Source: Thiotrichales bacterium (GTDB taxonomy: Bacteria; Pseudomonadota; Gammaproteobacteria; Francisellales; CACEW01). Taken from it: a DNA stretch of 64,000 bases. The translations under genes were made by a program, and so were the position numbers. The stretch is from contig CANJUQ010000009.1 of assembly GCA_947478175.1 (NCBI GenBank), forward strand, positions 169 to 64,168, given 5' to 3'. Under the pieces are notes generated by a model. It ran no database searches and was not told where the DNA came from. It was given only the letters and a program-made list of their open reading frames with translations. Of this stretch, positions 7,664 through 17,748 are shown in pieces; position 1 is the stretch's first letter, and each line of letters starts with the position of its first letter.

Positions 7664-8965
7664 TTATGGGGTTAATGATGACAAAGACGTTGATGACGCT
7701 GAAAAGAGTGTCGGCGTGTTTGTTGTGGGTGTCCGTGATGGAAGAGTTTTTTGGGCTTGTGCCAAAAATGCTGTGGGTGAAGATTGAGCAGACAGGGACA
7801 ATGAAGCAAAAGGTGTGATTTCAGTGGTCTGATCACAATCAAAATATCCCCAGTTTTCATCTTTTTCCTCATCTGAAGAAGAGTCTGTTTCTTCTTCTGA
7901 TTCCACAGCTTCACCATCATAGATAAGCTCAAGAAGGCGCTGCGTTGTTTTGGAAGTTCGGAGCGGTTCGCTGGTTTGATCCGTCGGTACTGGCCTTGCA
8001 GCCGCAATTTCTTCTGTTTTTATTTCTGGATCGAGGCTCAATGATTTTGTAAATAGTTCAAGAGCAACCTGCATTTGAGTCGGCCGGAAATGAAAATAAT
8101 CCGCTGGGATATTGCGAGAGGGAAAATGCTTGAGATGTACTTTAAATTCAACATCACTTTTAGAGGAAACCAGGCTTGAAATGCAGACAATATGACCCAG
8201 CGCAATATTAAGTTTCATGAGCTGATTTTTTTCTTTCGAGTCTTCGTTTTCATGCACATAGGCTTCTAATAGCTTTGAAGCCAGTTGAGCAGTCTCAATA
8301 GCATAAGAACGAATGTACTCGCCCCAGATAGGCTCTTTGAAAGCCTCGGGTAATAAACTCAGGGAATAAGCGAAGTTAGCGAGAGAAGCCCCTATTTCAA
8401 AGCTGTTGTCGATGGTGAGAAAACCTGGGGCAGAAATTTTTGTTTCGGCCCAAAATAATTCAGCCGCCATACGAAAACAGTACAAGGCTTGGTAGTGATG
8501 AAAAAGTTGAGTCTTAATGTTGTATTGAATAGCGGGCTCAAGAGACGCTAATTTTTTATTGCTTGATTCTTTTTCAAGACAAGCTGTCATCGTACAAAGA
8601 GATTCTTCTATACGACGAACTTCTTTTTGGAGTGGCTGAGTGTTTTTCTCAAACTGTATGAGGATATTCCGATGCCCAACGCCTCTTAAATAATGAAATT
8701 GAGCATTGGTCTTAAACGGTAGCGCAGGTGTCCAATGGCGGGCGAGTTCAGCCATGCATCCGAATAAAGTGGGGGCGCCTAAATCTGAGAGTTTCAAGCT
8801 GATAGAGGCGGCATTCAAATGGGCTATGAAGTCTGGGTGAGAGAGGATCGGCTCTAATGTTTTTGTGCTCTCTAAAGTAGATCCGGATATTTCTTGTAAA
8901 GCAGGGTCTATTTGTTCCCATTTTTTTTCTGCTGTTGCGATAGATCCACTCATGATAAGACTCAC
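7664..8965 (-). CDS. orphan hypothetical protein, effector-like (acidic Ser/Glu block and Ser/Thr/Pro-rich C-terminus)
   Basis: 433-aa ORF with GGGAGTGAG upstream of the ATG. The central region looks helical. An acidic block (EAVESEEETDSSSDEEKDENW) is followed by an S/T/P-rich tail. No family recognised. Confidence 0.6.
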   Translation of the reverse strand: MSLIMSGSIATAEKKWEQIDPALQEISGSTLESTKTLEPILSHPDFIAHLNAASISLKLSDLGAPTLFGCMAELARHWTPALPFKTNAQFHYLRGVGHRNILIQFEKNTQPLQKEVRRIEESLCTMTACLEKESSNKKLASLEPAIQYNIKTQLFHHYQALYCFRMAAELFWAETKISAPGFLTIDNSFEIGASLANFAYSLSLLPEAFKEPIWGEYIRSYAIETAQLASKLLEAYVHENEDSKEKNQLMKLNIALGHIVCISSLVSSKSDVEFKVHLKHFPSRNIPADYFHFRPTQMQVALELFTKSLSLDPEIKTEEIAAARPVPTDQTSEPLRTSKTTQRLLELIYDGEAVESEEETDSSSDEEKDENWGYFDCDQTTEITPFASLSLSAQSSPTAFLAQAQKTLPSRTPTTNTPTLFSASSTSLSSLTP

Positions 8966-9183
8966 TCCCTTTTAATTTAATATTTTTTAACTTTCAAAAT
9001 CTCAAAGTCTTAAAATCGTCAAGATTTTTGAGGTGCGCAGTATCCAGAGATCCTGGGTGTTTTTGAAGGGGGAAATGTGAGTATTTTTTGCGTATTTGAA
9101 AGTTTTTTTTATGTTTTTTGTAGCAGTCAAAGCTAGCACAGCTAATAATGCGGCGTTTTTTTAAATTAAATATGGGTTAATTC

Positions 9184-10080
9184 ATGAATCTAGAAAATCA
9201 GCAAATCATTGATGAATTTCTCGATGTTTTATGGCTTGAGTCAGGCGTATCTAAAAATACACTGGAGTCTTACCGTTTTGATCTTAAAGCCTTGGCCGAT
9301 TTTGCTGAGAAAAAACAAGCTAATTTAATTTCTGTGAATTTAATTTTATTAAAAGATTTTTTGGCTCACCGTTATCACCTAGGGCTCGCGGCGCGATCGA
9401 CTTCCCGAATGCTCGCGTCGATTCGGCGATTTTTTCGATGGTTATTAAATGATCACCGGATTCATAAAGATCCGTCGATTAGTCTTGAGAATCCAAAAGC
9501 TACCAAGCCATTGCCGTCGAGTCTTTCTGAAGAAGATGTGAATAAGCTTTTAGAAGCGCCGGATATTAATACAGAGATAGGTCTGAGAGATCGGGCCATG
9601 TTGGAAGTTTTATATGCAGCAGGGTTAAGGGTTTCAGAATTAATTAATCTAGATATGAACTCTATTAGTCTTTCTCAGGGCGTCGTTCGAGTGATGGGTA
9701 AGGGCAGCAAAGAGCGTTTAGTTCCCTTGGGTGACGAGGCGTTAGATTGGTTGAATAAATATCTGGACAATGCCCGGGCGAGTCTTTCTAGGGGATATCT
9801 TTCTGACACTGTTTTTTTATCCCAGCAGGGGCAGGTCATGACTCGGCAGGCTTTTTGGCATCGAATTAAAAAAATGGCGGAACAAGCCGGCATTCGAGCC
9901 CGAATTTCTCCTCATACTTTAAGACATGCTTTTGCAACGCATTTGTTAAACCATGGGGCAGATCTTCGAGTGGTTCAATTATTGCTGGGCCATAGCGATG
10001 TCGCGACGACGACGATTTATACCCATATTGCCAATGCTAGGTTGGAAGCTTTATATCAAGAGCATCACCCGAGGGCGTGA
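9184..10080 (+). CDS. xerD: site-specific tyrosine recombinase XerD
   Basis: 298 aa with an N-terminal SAM-like domain (LESGVSKNTLESYRFDL). The catalytic region carries R...HTLRHAFATHLL...LLGHSDVATTTIYTH. Confidence 0.9.
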   Translation: MNLENQQIIDEFLDVLWLESGVSKNTLESYRFDLKALADFAEKKQANLISVNLILLKDFLAHRYHLGLAARSTSRMLASIRRFFRWLLNDHRIHKDPSISLENPKATKPLPSSLSEEDVNKLLEAPDINTEIGLRDRAMLEVLYAAGLRVSELINLDMNSISLSQGVVRVMGKGSKERLVPLGDEALDWLNKYLDNARASLSRGYLSDTVFLSQQGQVMTRQAFWHRIKKMAEQAGIRARISPHTLRHAFATHLLNHGADLRVVQLLLGHSDVATTTIYTHIANARLEALYQEHHPRA

Positions 10081-10105
10081 GAGTTTGTATTTTTAGGAGA
10101 TTGAT

Positions 10106-10900
10106 ATGTCTGGATTTGAGGAAGAAAAGCCATCAGAAAAAGAGGATCTGAATTTTTTAGTTCAGGCCTGTAAAAACTATAAAACCTCAGGAGTGAAAGC
10201 TCGAAAAGCATTGGGGTTAAGCAATAAAAGAATAAAAGATTTTTTTTTAGGGCCTGTTGAACGACTTGAAATACTTTTCAGTCGTCATGATAAGAGAGAA
10301 AAACAAGATTGTTTTAAATGGGCCGAGGCTTGTTCTAGCTTATGGACAGAGAGTTTTTGGATAAAAGATAAAATTTTTTGGCGTTATATTTTTGATTATT
10401 TGAGAAGTCGTCCTGATATTTTAAATTTGTGTATAGAAGATCTTCGTTACGCTGTTTCTTATTTAGATCTATTGGCTTTGGCTTCTCCCATGACTAGAAA
10501 TTTGTTAGCTGAATTAAAAAAACATAAGTGGCTTGGATGTACTGAATTTAATGTTTTTACGATAGAGCGCGAAATATTATTGAAATCGCCTTTAAGAACG
10601 ATAGAAGCGTTAGAGGGTCAAATAAGCAGTCTTGTTTTTTTGTTGTCCATTGGAGAGGGCTTAGATAAAAAAACTTTATTTTATCCTTTGATTCAAGCTT
10701 ATTTAGCAACGGATCCGGTTCTATATGAAGCGGTTAAGTTAGCAGTTGAGTTACCAGAAGATTTTGAGAAGTCTCGAAGCCCGGCGAGTCGAATCTCTGT
10801 GCTCTTTAGATCAGTCAGCTTTAGTGATGTCAGTCTTAGTGATGTCTCTAGCGAATCAGCAGAAACTGAAACCAGTTCAGAGCCTGAATATTTCGCATAA
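10106..10900 (+). CDS. orphan hypothetical protein with Ser/Glu-rich C-terminal tail
   Basis: 264-aa ORF. The C-terminus is SVSFSDVSLSDVSSESAETETSSEPEYFA and is encoded partly by a 15-nt tandem duplication. The 3' end overlaps the convergent hemH by 24 nt. No family recognised. Confidence 0.5.
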   Translation: MSGFEEEKPSEKEDLNFLVQACKNYKTSGVKARKALGLSNKRIKDFFLGPVERLEILFSRHDKREKQDCFKWAEACSSLWTESFWIKDKIFWRYIFDYLRSRPDILNLCIEDLRYAVSYLDLLALASPMTRNLLAELKKHKWLGCTEFNVFTIEREILLKSPLRTIEALEGQISSLVFLLSIGEGLDKKTLFYPLIQAYLATDPVLYEAVKLAVELPEDFEKSRSPASRISVLFRSVSFSDVSLSDVSSESAETETSSEPEYFA

Positions 10901-11869
10901 GTCAGAAAGTAATTTCACATGGTTATCTTGGTTATTTAAGCAGGGAATATATCCAAATTTTTCTCCGCCAGAATTTAAGAAAATAGTTTTATTTTGGATG
11001 TTAATTTCTTCAAGAGTTTCCAGGCAATCTATAGAAAATCCAGGGCAAATAATCTGAACGGAGCGGATGCTGGGATTTTCTTGAGGCAAGTTTTGTAAAG
11101 TGAGATTGGTATAGGGTTCTAGCCATTTTTGTTTGCCTAATCTGGATTGGAATGTCATGCGCCATTGAGAATTATTTAAACCTAAAGCATCAGCTAGTTT
11201 TTGAGCGGTTATTTGGCAGTGTTTTAAATAGGGATCACCACGTTTGATATTAATTTCGGGTAGACCATGAAAAGAGAAAATTAATAAATCGGGTTGGCCC
11301 TGTTGAGCTTGATAATCACGAATACTCTGAGAGAGCGCCTGAATATAAAGAGGATGCTCGTAGTAATGGCTAATAAATTTTATCGACGGAAAGTTTTGTT
11401 TTGTTTTTAAAGTTGTTGAGAACGCATCAAAAGTCGAAGCGGTTGTGGTCGCTGAGAACTGGGGATAGAGGGGCAGAATAATGATTTGTTCTAGATCTTC
11501 TGGGTTTAAATCTAGAGTGCCAAAAATAGTTTTGATAGACGGTTCACCATAACGCATGGCTAATTTTATAATAAATTTTTCACCTAAATAATTTTGTAAT
11601 TTTTGAGTGAGAGACTGGCTATAAACTAATAATGGCGAGCCTTCAGGAGTCCAAATAGCTTGATAAGCATGCGTGGTTTTGGGAGATCTAAAAGGAATAA
11701 TCAGGCCATAGACTAATAAGGCCCTGAGAAAATAAGGCAAAGAAATTACGCGACGGTCCATCAGAAATTCTTTGAGAAATTTTTTGACTTCGCGAAGAGA
11801 AGGTTTTTGCGGAGTGCCAAGATTGCAGAGCAGGACAAGCGTTTTTAGTGAAGATTTTTTTTCATTCAT
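10877..11869 (-). CDS. hemH: ferrochelatase
   Basis: 330 aa. LLCNLGTPQKPSLREVKKFLKEFLMDRRVI at the N-terminus and FSFHGLP are typical of HemH. Confidence 0.9.
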   Translation of the reverse strand: MNEKKSSLKTLVLLCNLGTPQKPSLREVKKFLKEFLMDRRVISLPYFLRALLVYGLIIPFRSPKTTHAYQAIWTPEGSPLLVYSQSLTQKLQNYLGEKFIIKLAMRYGEPSIKTIFGTLDLNPEDLEQIIILPLYPQFSATTTASTFDAFSTTLKTKQNFPSIKFISHYYEHPLYIQALSQSIRDYQAQQGQPDLLIFSFHGLPEINIKRGDPYLKHCQITAQKLADALGLNNSQWRMTFQSRLGKQKWLEPYTNLTLQNLPQENPSIRSVQIICPGFSIDCLETLEEINIQNKTIFLNSGGEKFGYIPCLNNQDNHVKLLSDLCEIFRL

Positions 11870-11922
11870 GTTGTCAGAAACTTAATGCATCAGGAGCAAC
11901 ACATATTAAATTATTATTATTT

Positions 11923-12966
11923 TTAATGATCATGATAATGAATGCTCATCGAGTGAACTAAATCGACTAAGAATTTAACTTTCCCTGGGTCAATATCCGG
12001 ATGAATCCCATGGCCGAGATTAAAAATATGGCCTTTATGCGGTCCCATTTGAGAAAGAATTCTAGAAACTTGGGCGTGAATCTCTTCTTCAGTTCCATAG
12101 AGCACACTGGGATCTAAATTGCCTTGGAGAGCCACGCGATCTTGAGTGATCAATCGGGCTTGTTTGATATCAATCGTCCAATCTAATCCAAGACAATTGG
12201 CACCAGATAGCACCATGGGTTCTAACCAGAGGCCGCCGCCTTTGGTAAATAAAGTAATCGGAATAGTGGGATATTTATTTTTTAGATTTTTAATAATCTG
12301 GGTCATGTAGAACAAAGAAAAATGTTCATAGGCGATGGGGGTAAGTAATCCACCCCAAGTATCAAAAATCATCAGGCTATCAACGCCAGCATCTATCTGG
12401 CCAGATAAATAATCTATGACGGCCTGAGCTAAATGTTTTAATAAGCGATGTAATAAATCAGGTTGGCTATAAAGCATTTTTTTAGTTTTCGAGAAAGTCT
12501 TAGAGCCAGAACCTTCGATCATGTAGCAAGCCAAGGTCCAAGGGCTGCCTGAAAAGCCAATCAAGGGAGTATTTTTATTTAAAGCAGACTTGATATGTCT
12601 AACCGCATCCATGACATAACGAAGTTCAGTGTTGGGACAGGGCAGCGGAAGATTATCTATGTCTTGTTTAGATTGAATAGTCTTGGCGAAAACAGGACCT
12701 TCTCCTGTCTCAAAATTTAAGCCTAATCCCATGGCATCTGGGATGGTCAAAATATCTGAAAATAAAATAGCCGCGTCTAAATCAAATCTTTCTAAAGGCT
12801 GTAAAGTCACTTCGCAGGCTAATTCTGGGGTTTTGCAAAGATTTAGAAAACTACCCGCTTTTTCACGGATTTTTCGATATTCAGGAAGATAACGACCCGC
12901 TTGGCGCATGATCCAGATGGGGGTTTTGTCTGTGGGTTCTTGTCTGAGAGCTTGAAGGTAGCGCAT
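11923..12966 (-). CDS. hemE: uroporphyrinogen decarboxylase
   Basis: 347 aa. [16 protein letters not shown] and [14 protein letters not shown] are hallmark HemE motifs. Confidence 0.92.
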   Translation of the reverse strand: MRYLQALRQEPTDKTPIWIMRQAGRYLPEYRKIREKAGSFLNLCKTPELACEVTLQPLERFDLDAAILFSDILTIPDAMGLGLNFETGEGPVFAKTIQSKQDIDNLPLPCPNTELRYVMDAVRHIKSALNKNTPLIGFSGSPWTLACYMIEGSGSKTFSKTKKMLYSQPDLLHRLLKHLAQAVIDYLSGQIDAGVDSLMIFDTWGGLLTPIAYEHFSLFYMTQIIKNLKNKYPTIPITLFTKGGGLWLEPMVLSGANCLGLDWTIDIKQARLITQDRVALQGNLDPSVLYGTEEEIHAQVSRILSQMGPHKGHIFNLGHGIHPDIDPGKVKFLVDLVHSMSIHYHDH

Positions 12967-13103
12967 ATTTTTTTGATTTTTTTAAAGTCTAAAATTTTGA
13001 GGGCGGCATTGTAGCGATATTTTGATTGAGAAAAAGCTGTTTTTTGATCTGGTTTTTTGATCTGGTTTTTGGTTTTTTAGCATGGTACGATCCCAGTCTA
13101 ATC

Positions 13104-13132
13104 AGCACCGAAATGGTGCTTTTTATTTTTTT
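13104..13132 (+). terminator. orphan intrinsic-terminator-like hairpin in the suf leader / divergent intergenic region
   Basis: The AGCACC-GAAAT-GGTGCT stem-loop is followed by TTTTTATTTTTTT. No plus-strand gene lies upstream, because hemE runs the other way. Confidence 0.45.
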
Positions 13133-13178
13133 AAATTTTTAAAATTAAATTAATTCTGTCCAGAGTCTAAAAAAATCC

Positions 13179-13598
13179 ATGCTAAAAATTTCGCGATTGG
13201 CTGATTACAGCTCCAGTGTCATGCGCTATCTCGCTTGTTTTGCAGAGTTCACAGATCAATCTAAAAGTGCTGTTGAAGTCTCTGAGGCGACGCATATTAC
13301 CCTCCCGACGGTTAGGAAAATTTTAAAATTATTACAGACGGCCGGGTTATTAATTTCTGTCAGAGGCAAAGAAGGCGGTTATCGACTCGCTAAACATTCA
13401 AGCCAAATTAATCTGGCCCAGATTGTCGAAGCCATCGAAGGGCCGATTGCTTTAACAGAATGTACGCGAGAGATAGGGAATCAATGTAGCCATACCCAGG
13501 TTTGTACCATGCGAAAAGACTGGCAATTGATTAATAAATTAATAAAAGACGCACTTTCAGCTCAGACCCTTGAGAAGCTTTGCCAAGGAGAGATATAA
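13179..13598 (+). CDS. Rrf2-family transcriptional regulator (SUF regulator / IscR-like)
   Basis: 139 aa with an N-terminal wHTH (ITLPTVRKILKLLQTAGLLISVRGKEGGYRL). A three-Cys cluster (C-x8-C-x5-C) is present. It is the first gene of the suf operon. Confidence 0.8.
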   Translation: MLKISRLADYSSSVMRYLACFAEFTDQSKSAVEVSEATHITLPTVRKILKLLQTAGLLISVRGKEGGYRLAKHSSQINLAQIVEAIEGPIALTECTREIGNQCSHTQVCTMRKDWQLINKLIKDALSAQTLEKLCQGEI

Positions 13599-13601
13599 AA
13601 A

Positions 13602-15062
13602 ATGACCCAAGAAAAATTAGATCAAAAATCAGATCCCATTCAAGCGGCTATTAGTCAGAGCTATAAGCCTGGCTTTAGGACAGATATTGAATCAGAGACT
13701 ATTCCAGCTGGCCTAGATGAATCGGTGATTAGAGTTATTTCTGAAAAGAAAAAAGAGCCTGAATTTATGCTCCAGTGGAGATTGAAAGCTTTTGAGGTTT
13801 GGAAAAAAATGCCTGAGCCAGAATGGGCGAATTTAAAAATAGAAAAAATTGATTATCAGGCGATTAGTTATTATTCCGCGCCGAAATCTAACCCAGTTTT
13901 AAAGAGCCTGGACGAAGTAGATCCTAAGTTATTAGAAACTTATGCCAAATTAGGGATCCCCTTGCATGAACAAAAAATGCTCGCAAACGTGGCCATCGAC
14001 GCGGTCTTTGATTCAGTCTCTGTTGCGACAACGTTCAAAGGAAAGTTATTAGAAGCGGGCGTGATTTTTTGTCCCATCTCAGAAGCCGTTCAGAAATATC
14101 CAGAACTAGTCCAAAAATATTTAGGAAGTGTCGTTCCCCAGGGCGATAATTTTTTTGCGGCTTTGAATAGTGCTGTATTCAGTGATGGTTCTTTTGTCTT
14201 TATTCCCAAGGGCGTTCGTTGTCCCATGGAACTCTCGACTTATTTTAGAATTAACGAGGCTAAAACAGGCCAGTTTGAACGGACGTTGATTATTGCCGAA
14301 GAGGGGAGCTATGTGAGCTATCTCGAAGGCTGTACGGCGCCGATGCGAGATGAGAACCAGCTTCACGCCGCTGTCGTCGAAATCGTGGCCCTGAAAGACG
14401 CCGTCGTGAAATATTCGACGGTTCAAAACTGGTATCCCGGGGATGAAAATGGCAAAGGCGGTATTTATAACTTTGTGACTAAACGGGGTGCTTGTCGCGG
14501 TGAGAATTCGAAGATCTCTTGGACCCAAATAGAAACAGGATCGGCGATTACTTGGAAATACCCGTCAGTGATTTTACAAGGAGATAATTCGGTCGGTGAG
14601 TTTTATTCAGTCGCGCTGACCAGCAAATATCAGCAGGCGGATACAGGAACAAAAATGATCCACCTTGGCCGTAATACCCGTAGCACCATTATTTCTAAGG
14701 GTATCTCCGCTGCTCATGGTCAAAATAGTTATCGGGGTCTCGTACGAATTGCACCGACGGCTGAAAATGCAAGAAATCATACACAGTGTGATTCTTTATT
14801 AATTGGTCCTGACTGCGGTGCTCATACTTTTCCCTATATCGAAGTCAAAAATAAAACAGCTCAAATAGAACATGAAGCAACCACGTCAAAAATCTCTGAA
14901 GACCAATTGTTTTATTGTTTATCCCGAGGCATTGGCGAAGAAGATGCGATTGCGTTGATCGTCAATGGATTTTGTAAACCCGTTTTTGAAGTGCTTCCCA
15001 TGGAGTTTGCCGTGGAGGCTAGAAAACTCATGGAAGTTAGTTTGGAAGGGGCGGTGGGGTGA
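13602..15062 (+). CDS. sufB: Fe-S cluster assembly scaffold SufB
   Basis: 486 aa, highly conserved SufB sequence (for example [40 protein letters not shown]). Confidence 0.95.
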   Translation: MTQEKLDQKSDPIQAAISQSYKPGFRTDIESETIPAGLDESVIRVISEKKKEPEFMLQWRLKAFEVWKKMPEPEWANLKIEKIDYQAISYYSAPKSNPVLKSLDEVDPKLLETYAKLGIPLHEQKMLANVAIDAVFDSVSVATTFKGKLLEAGVIFCPISEAVQKYPELVQKYLGSVVPQGDNFFAALNSAVFSDGSFVFIPKGVRCPMELSTYFRINEAKTGQFERTLIIAEEGSYVSYLEGCTAPMRDENQLHAAVVEIVALKDAVVKYSTVQNWYPGDENGKGGIYNFVTKRGACRGENSKISWTQIETGSAITWKYPSVILQGDNSVGEFYSVALTSKYQQADTGTKMIHLGRNTRSTIISKGISAAHGQNSYRGLVRIAPTAENARNHTQCDSLLIGPDCGAHTFPYIEVKNKTAQIEHEATTSKISEDQLFYCLSRGIGEEDAIALIVNGFCKPVFEVLPMEFAVEARKLMEVSLEGAVG

Positions 15063-15103
15063 AATCAATTTTTAAATTATGTTTAAATTAGGAATCCAAA
15101 ACC

Positions 15104-15844
15104 ATGCTCGAAATTAATAATATCCATGCCAAATCCGGCGATAAAAATATTCTGAAAGGCTTATCTCTCAAAGTTAAACCCGGTGAAATTCACGCCATCA
15201 TGGGTCCTAACGGCTCTGGAAAATCCACGACAGCCAATGTCTTAGTGGGGCGGCCGGGTGTGACAGTGACAGACGGATCGGTCTTATTAAATGGCCAAGA
15301 TTTATTAGCTTTATCTCCTGAAGAACGCGCTTGGGCCGGTTTATTTTTAGCTTATCAATATCCCGTCGAAATCCCTGGAGTTAATAATCTGTATTTTCTT
15401 AAAGCAGCGCTGAATGCCAAACGTAAAGCTCAGGGATTAGACCCGCTAGATGCGATGGATTTTATGGCGTTAGCTAAATCTAAAATGGCTTTGTTATCGA
15501 TGGACAAAAGCTTCTTAGAACGCAGCGTGAATGCAGGATTCTCAGGGGGCGAAAAAAAGCGCAATGAGATTTTCCAAATGCTGGTCTTAGAGCCTAATTG
15601 GATCGTCTTAGATGAGACAGATTCTGGATTAGATATTGACGCGTTACAGATCGTCGCTAAGGGCGTGAATCAACTCAGAAGTTCAGATAGAAGCTTTATT
15701 GTCATTACGCATTACCAAAGATTATTGGATTATATTATTCCCGATTATGTCCATGTTTTGTCTGACGGAAAGATTGTTAAATCAGGGCCCAAAGAGCTCG
15801 CTCTAGAACTCGAAGAAAAAGGCTACGGGTGGCTACGGTCATGA
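15104..15844 (+). CDS. sufC: Fe-S cluster assembly ATPase SufC
   Basis: Walker A GPNGSGKST, ABC signature FSGGEKKR and Walker B ILDETDSGLD. Confidence 0.95.
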   Translation: MLEINNIHAKSGDKNILKGLSLKVKPGEIHAIMGPNGSGKSTTANVLVGRPGVTVTDGSVLLNGQDLLALSPEERAWAGLFLAYQYPVEIPGVNNLYFLKAALNAKRKAQGLDPLDAMDFMALAKSKMALLSMDKSFLERSVNAGFSGGEKKRNEIFQMLVLEPNWIVLDETDSGLDIDALQIVAKGVNQLRSSDRSFIVITHYQRLLDYIIPDYVHVLSDGKIVKSGPKELALELEEKGYGWLRS

Positions 15845-16518
15845 AATTAATTCATCTGGAGTCAAACACTCGGCAAGTTGAGTTAGAGTGCTTGAGCGAG
15901 CCGAAAGATTTGGAGATTAAAATTATCGTAGAAGCCAATGCGATATTTGATTTTTATTTGTTTGCGAATTTAGCGCAGGGCCAATCTTCCGTGAATATAG
16001 ACGTTGAATTAGTCGGACCTGAGGCGGCTTTTAATTTAATCGGCGCTTATGATTTAAGAGAAAAGGCCCAGTCCACTTGGAAAATCAATATTCGACATTT
16101 GGCTTCTCATACCCATTCCAATGTTTTCGCTCGAGGCATTGGTCGGGATAAAGCGATTGGATATTTTAAAGCGTCTGTGAATGCAGCCAAAAATTTACAA
16201 GTTATTAAAGCCCATCAGAAAAATTACAATTTATTACTTTCTTCGCAAGCGAGCTTATTCAGTCAGCCTTTTTTAGAGATTAATACGGATCAAATAGAAT
16301 GTTCTCATGGGGCAACGGTCGGCCAGTTAGACCCGAATGCTTTGTTTTATTTACAAAGTCGTGGCATTAGCTTGTTAGAAGCTAAGCAAATGTTGACAGA
16401 GGGTTTTTTAGAAGACGTGATTTTAAAATTGCCTAACGAAAGTTGGCAGAAATCGGTCAGAGTTTTGATGAAAGGACAAGATCAAGCAGGGGGGCAGTCA
16501 TCATGTATGGTGTCATAG
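15829..16518 (+). CDS. sufD: SufD-like protein, short form
   Basis: 229 aa matching only the conserved C-terminal SufB/SufD domain (ECSHGATVGQLDPNALFYLQSRGI). The start overlaps sufC. Confidence 0.7.
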   Translation: MATVMKLIHLESNTRQVELECLSEPKDLEIKIIVEANAIFDFYLFANLAQGQSSVNIDVELVGPEAAFNLIGAYDLREKAQSTWKINIRHLASHTHSNVFARGIGRDKAIGYFKASVNAAKNLQVIKAHQKNYNLLLSSQASLFSQPFLEINTDQIECSHGATVGQLDPNALFYLQSRGISLLEAKQMLTEGFLEDVILKLPNESWQKSVRVLMKGQDQAGGQSSCMVS

Positions 16519-17726
16519 AAGATATTAGAGATGACTTTCCCGCGTTACATCAGAGGATTTTTGATAAGCCTTTAGTTTATTTGGACACGGCGGCCACGGC
16601 TCAGAAGCCCCGCATGGTCTTAGAAGCCATGACGGATTTCTATATGAATGATTATTCGAATATTCATCGAGGTGTTCATAGTTTATCCATGCGTGCGACG
16701 GCTTTATATGAAGATGTTCGAGTGACAGTCGCGAAGTTTATTCAAGCAGCAGATTCAGACTCGATTATTTTTACGCGGGGGACGACAGAGGGTTTGAATT
16801 TACTAGCCCAAAGTTTTTGTTTAACCCATATGAAACCCGGGGATCGGGTTTTAATTTCCCAGATGGATCACCACGCCAATATTGTTCCCTGGCAAATGAT
16901 GCGTGATCGATATGGGATTATCTTAGATGTCTGCCCTATTTTTCCCTCAGGAGAATTAGATCTTGAGGCTTATGAAAATTTATTAACGGACAGGACTCGC
17001 CTGGTTTCGATTATTCATACGTCCAATGTCTTAGGGACGGTGAATCCGGTTAAAAAATTAGTTGAATTAGCGCATGCGAAAAATATTTTAGTTTGCTTAG
17101 ATTCTGCTCAGGCCATTGCTCATGGGTCGATTGATGTTCAAAGTTTGGATGTCGATTTTTTGGTTTTTTCAGGTCATAAAATTTATGGTCCGACAGGCGT
17201 AGGTGTTTTGTATGGAAAATTAAAACATCTAGAAAAATTAATCCCTGCTTTTGGGGGTGGGAGCATGATTGAATCCGTCAGTTTTGAAAAAACGACGTAT
17301 GCCCGAGCACCCTTAAAATTTGAACCCGGGACACCGCCCATTGCTGAAGTCATTGGATTAGGCGCTGCGATTGAATATGTATCGGCCTTGGGGGTGGATC
17401 AAATTGGTTTATATGAACAAGGTCTGACGGATTATGCCTTAGGGGCGCTGAGAGATATTTCAGGATTAAAAATCTATGGCGAAGCCGTTGAGCGAGCGGG
17501 TGTTATTGCGTTTAATTTGGAGGGCATTCATCCCCATGATGTGGGGACTTTGTTGGACCAAGAAGGCATTGCCATTAGAGCCGGTCATCACTGTGCGATG
17601 CCGTTGATGACTTACTATCAAGTGCCTGCCATGAACCGTATTTCTTTTGGGATTTACAATACCGTGGATGAGATAGATGTTTTAACCCGAGCGATTGTGA
17701 AAGCTAAAAAAATATTTGGGGTGTAA
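16503..17726 (+). CDS. sufS: cysteine desulfurase SufS
   Basis: Class V aminotransferase with the PLP Lys context FSGHKIYGPTGVG and active site RAGHHCAMP. ATG 16503 is preferred over the track start 16443 because it limits overlap with sufD. Confidence 0.9.
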   Translation: MYGVIEDIRDDFPALHQRIFDKPLVYLDTAATAQKPRMVLEAMTDFYMNDYSNIHRGVHSLSMRATALYEDVRVTVAKFIQAADSDSIIFTRGTTEGLNLLAQSFCLTHMKPGDRVLISQMDHHANIVPWQMMRDRYGIILDVCPIFPSGELDLEAYENLLTDRTRLVSIIHTSNVLGTVNPVKKLVELAHAKNILVCLDSAQAIAHGSIDVQSLDVDFLVFSGHKIYGPTGVGVLYGKLKHLEKLIPAFGGGSMIESVSFEKTTYARAPLKFEPGTPPIAEVIGLGAAIEYVSALGVDQIGLYEQGLTDYALGALRDISGLKIYGEAVERAGVIAFNLEGIHPHDVGTLLDQEGIAIRAGHHCAMPLMTYYQVPAMNRISFGIYNTVDEIDVLTRAIVKAKKIFGV

Positions 17727-17748
17727 TAAAAATTATGGGCAAAAAATC

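Noticed and set aside
7672-8007. A 111-aa ORF lies in another frame on the same strand as the 433-aa orphan gene.
   Set aside because: It lies entirely inside the longer ORF and is Lys/Arg/Gln-rich low-complexity sequence, the translation of the acidic/Ser-rich coding region in a shifted frame. There is no independent start signal.
8966-8995. A TTAATTTAATATT sequence upstream of the 433-aa orphan gene resembles a PmrA-type (TTAATATT repeat) effector promoter element.
   Set aside because: It lies between the RBS and what would be the -10 region, too close to the start codon. AT-rich matches of this kind are expected by chance in this genome.
10746-11057. A 103-aa plus-strand ORF bridges the end of the 264-aa orphan and hemH.
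   Set aside because: It is an alternative frame of one gene and antisense to hemH. It has no RBS and no recognisable features.
13016-13034. A possible Fur box (GATATTTTGATTGAGAAAA) lies upstream of the suf operon.
   Set aside because: Only about 9 of 19 positions match the GATAATGATAATCATTATC consensus by eye, which is not distinguishable from AT-rich background.
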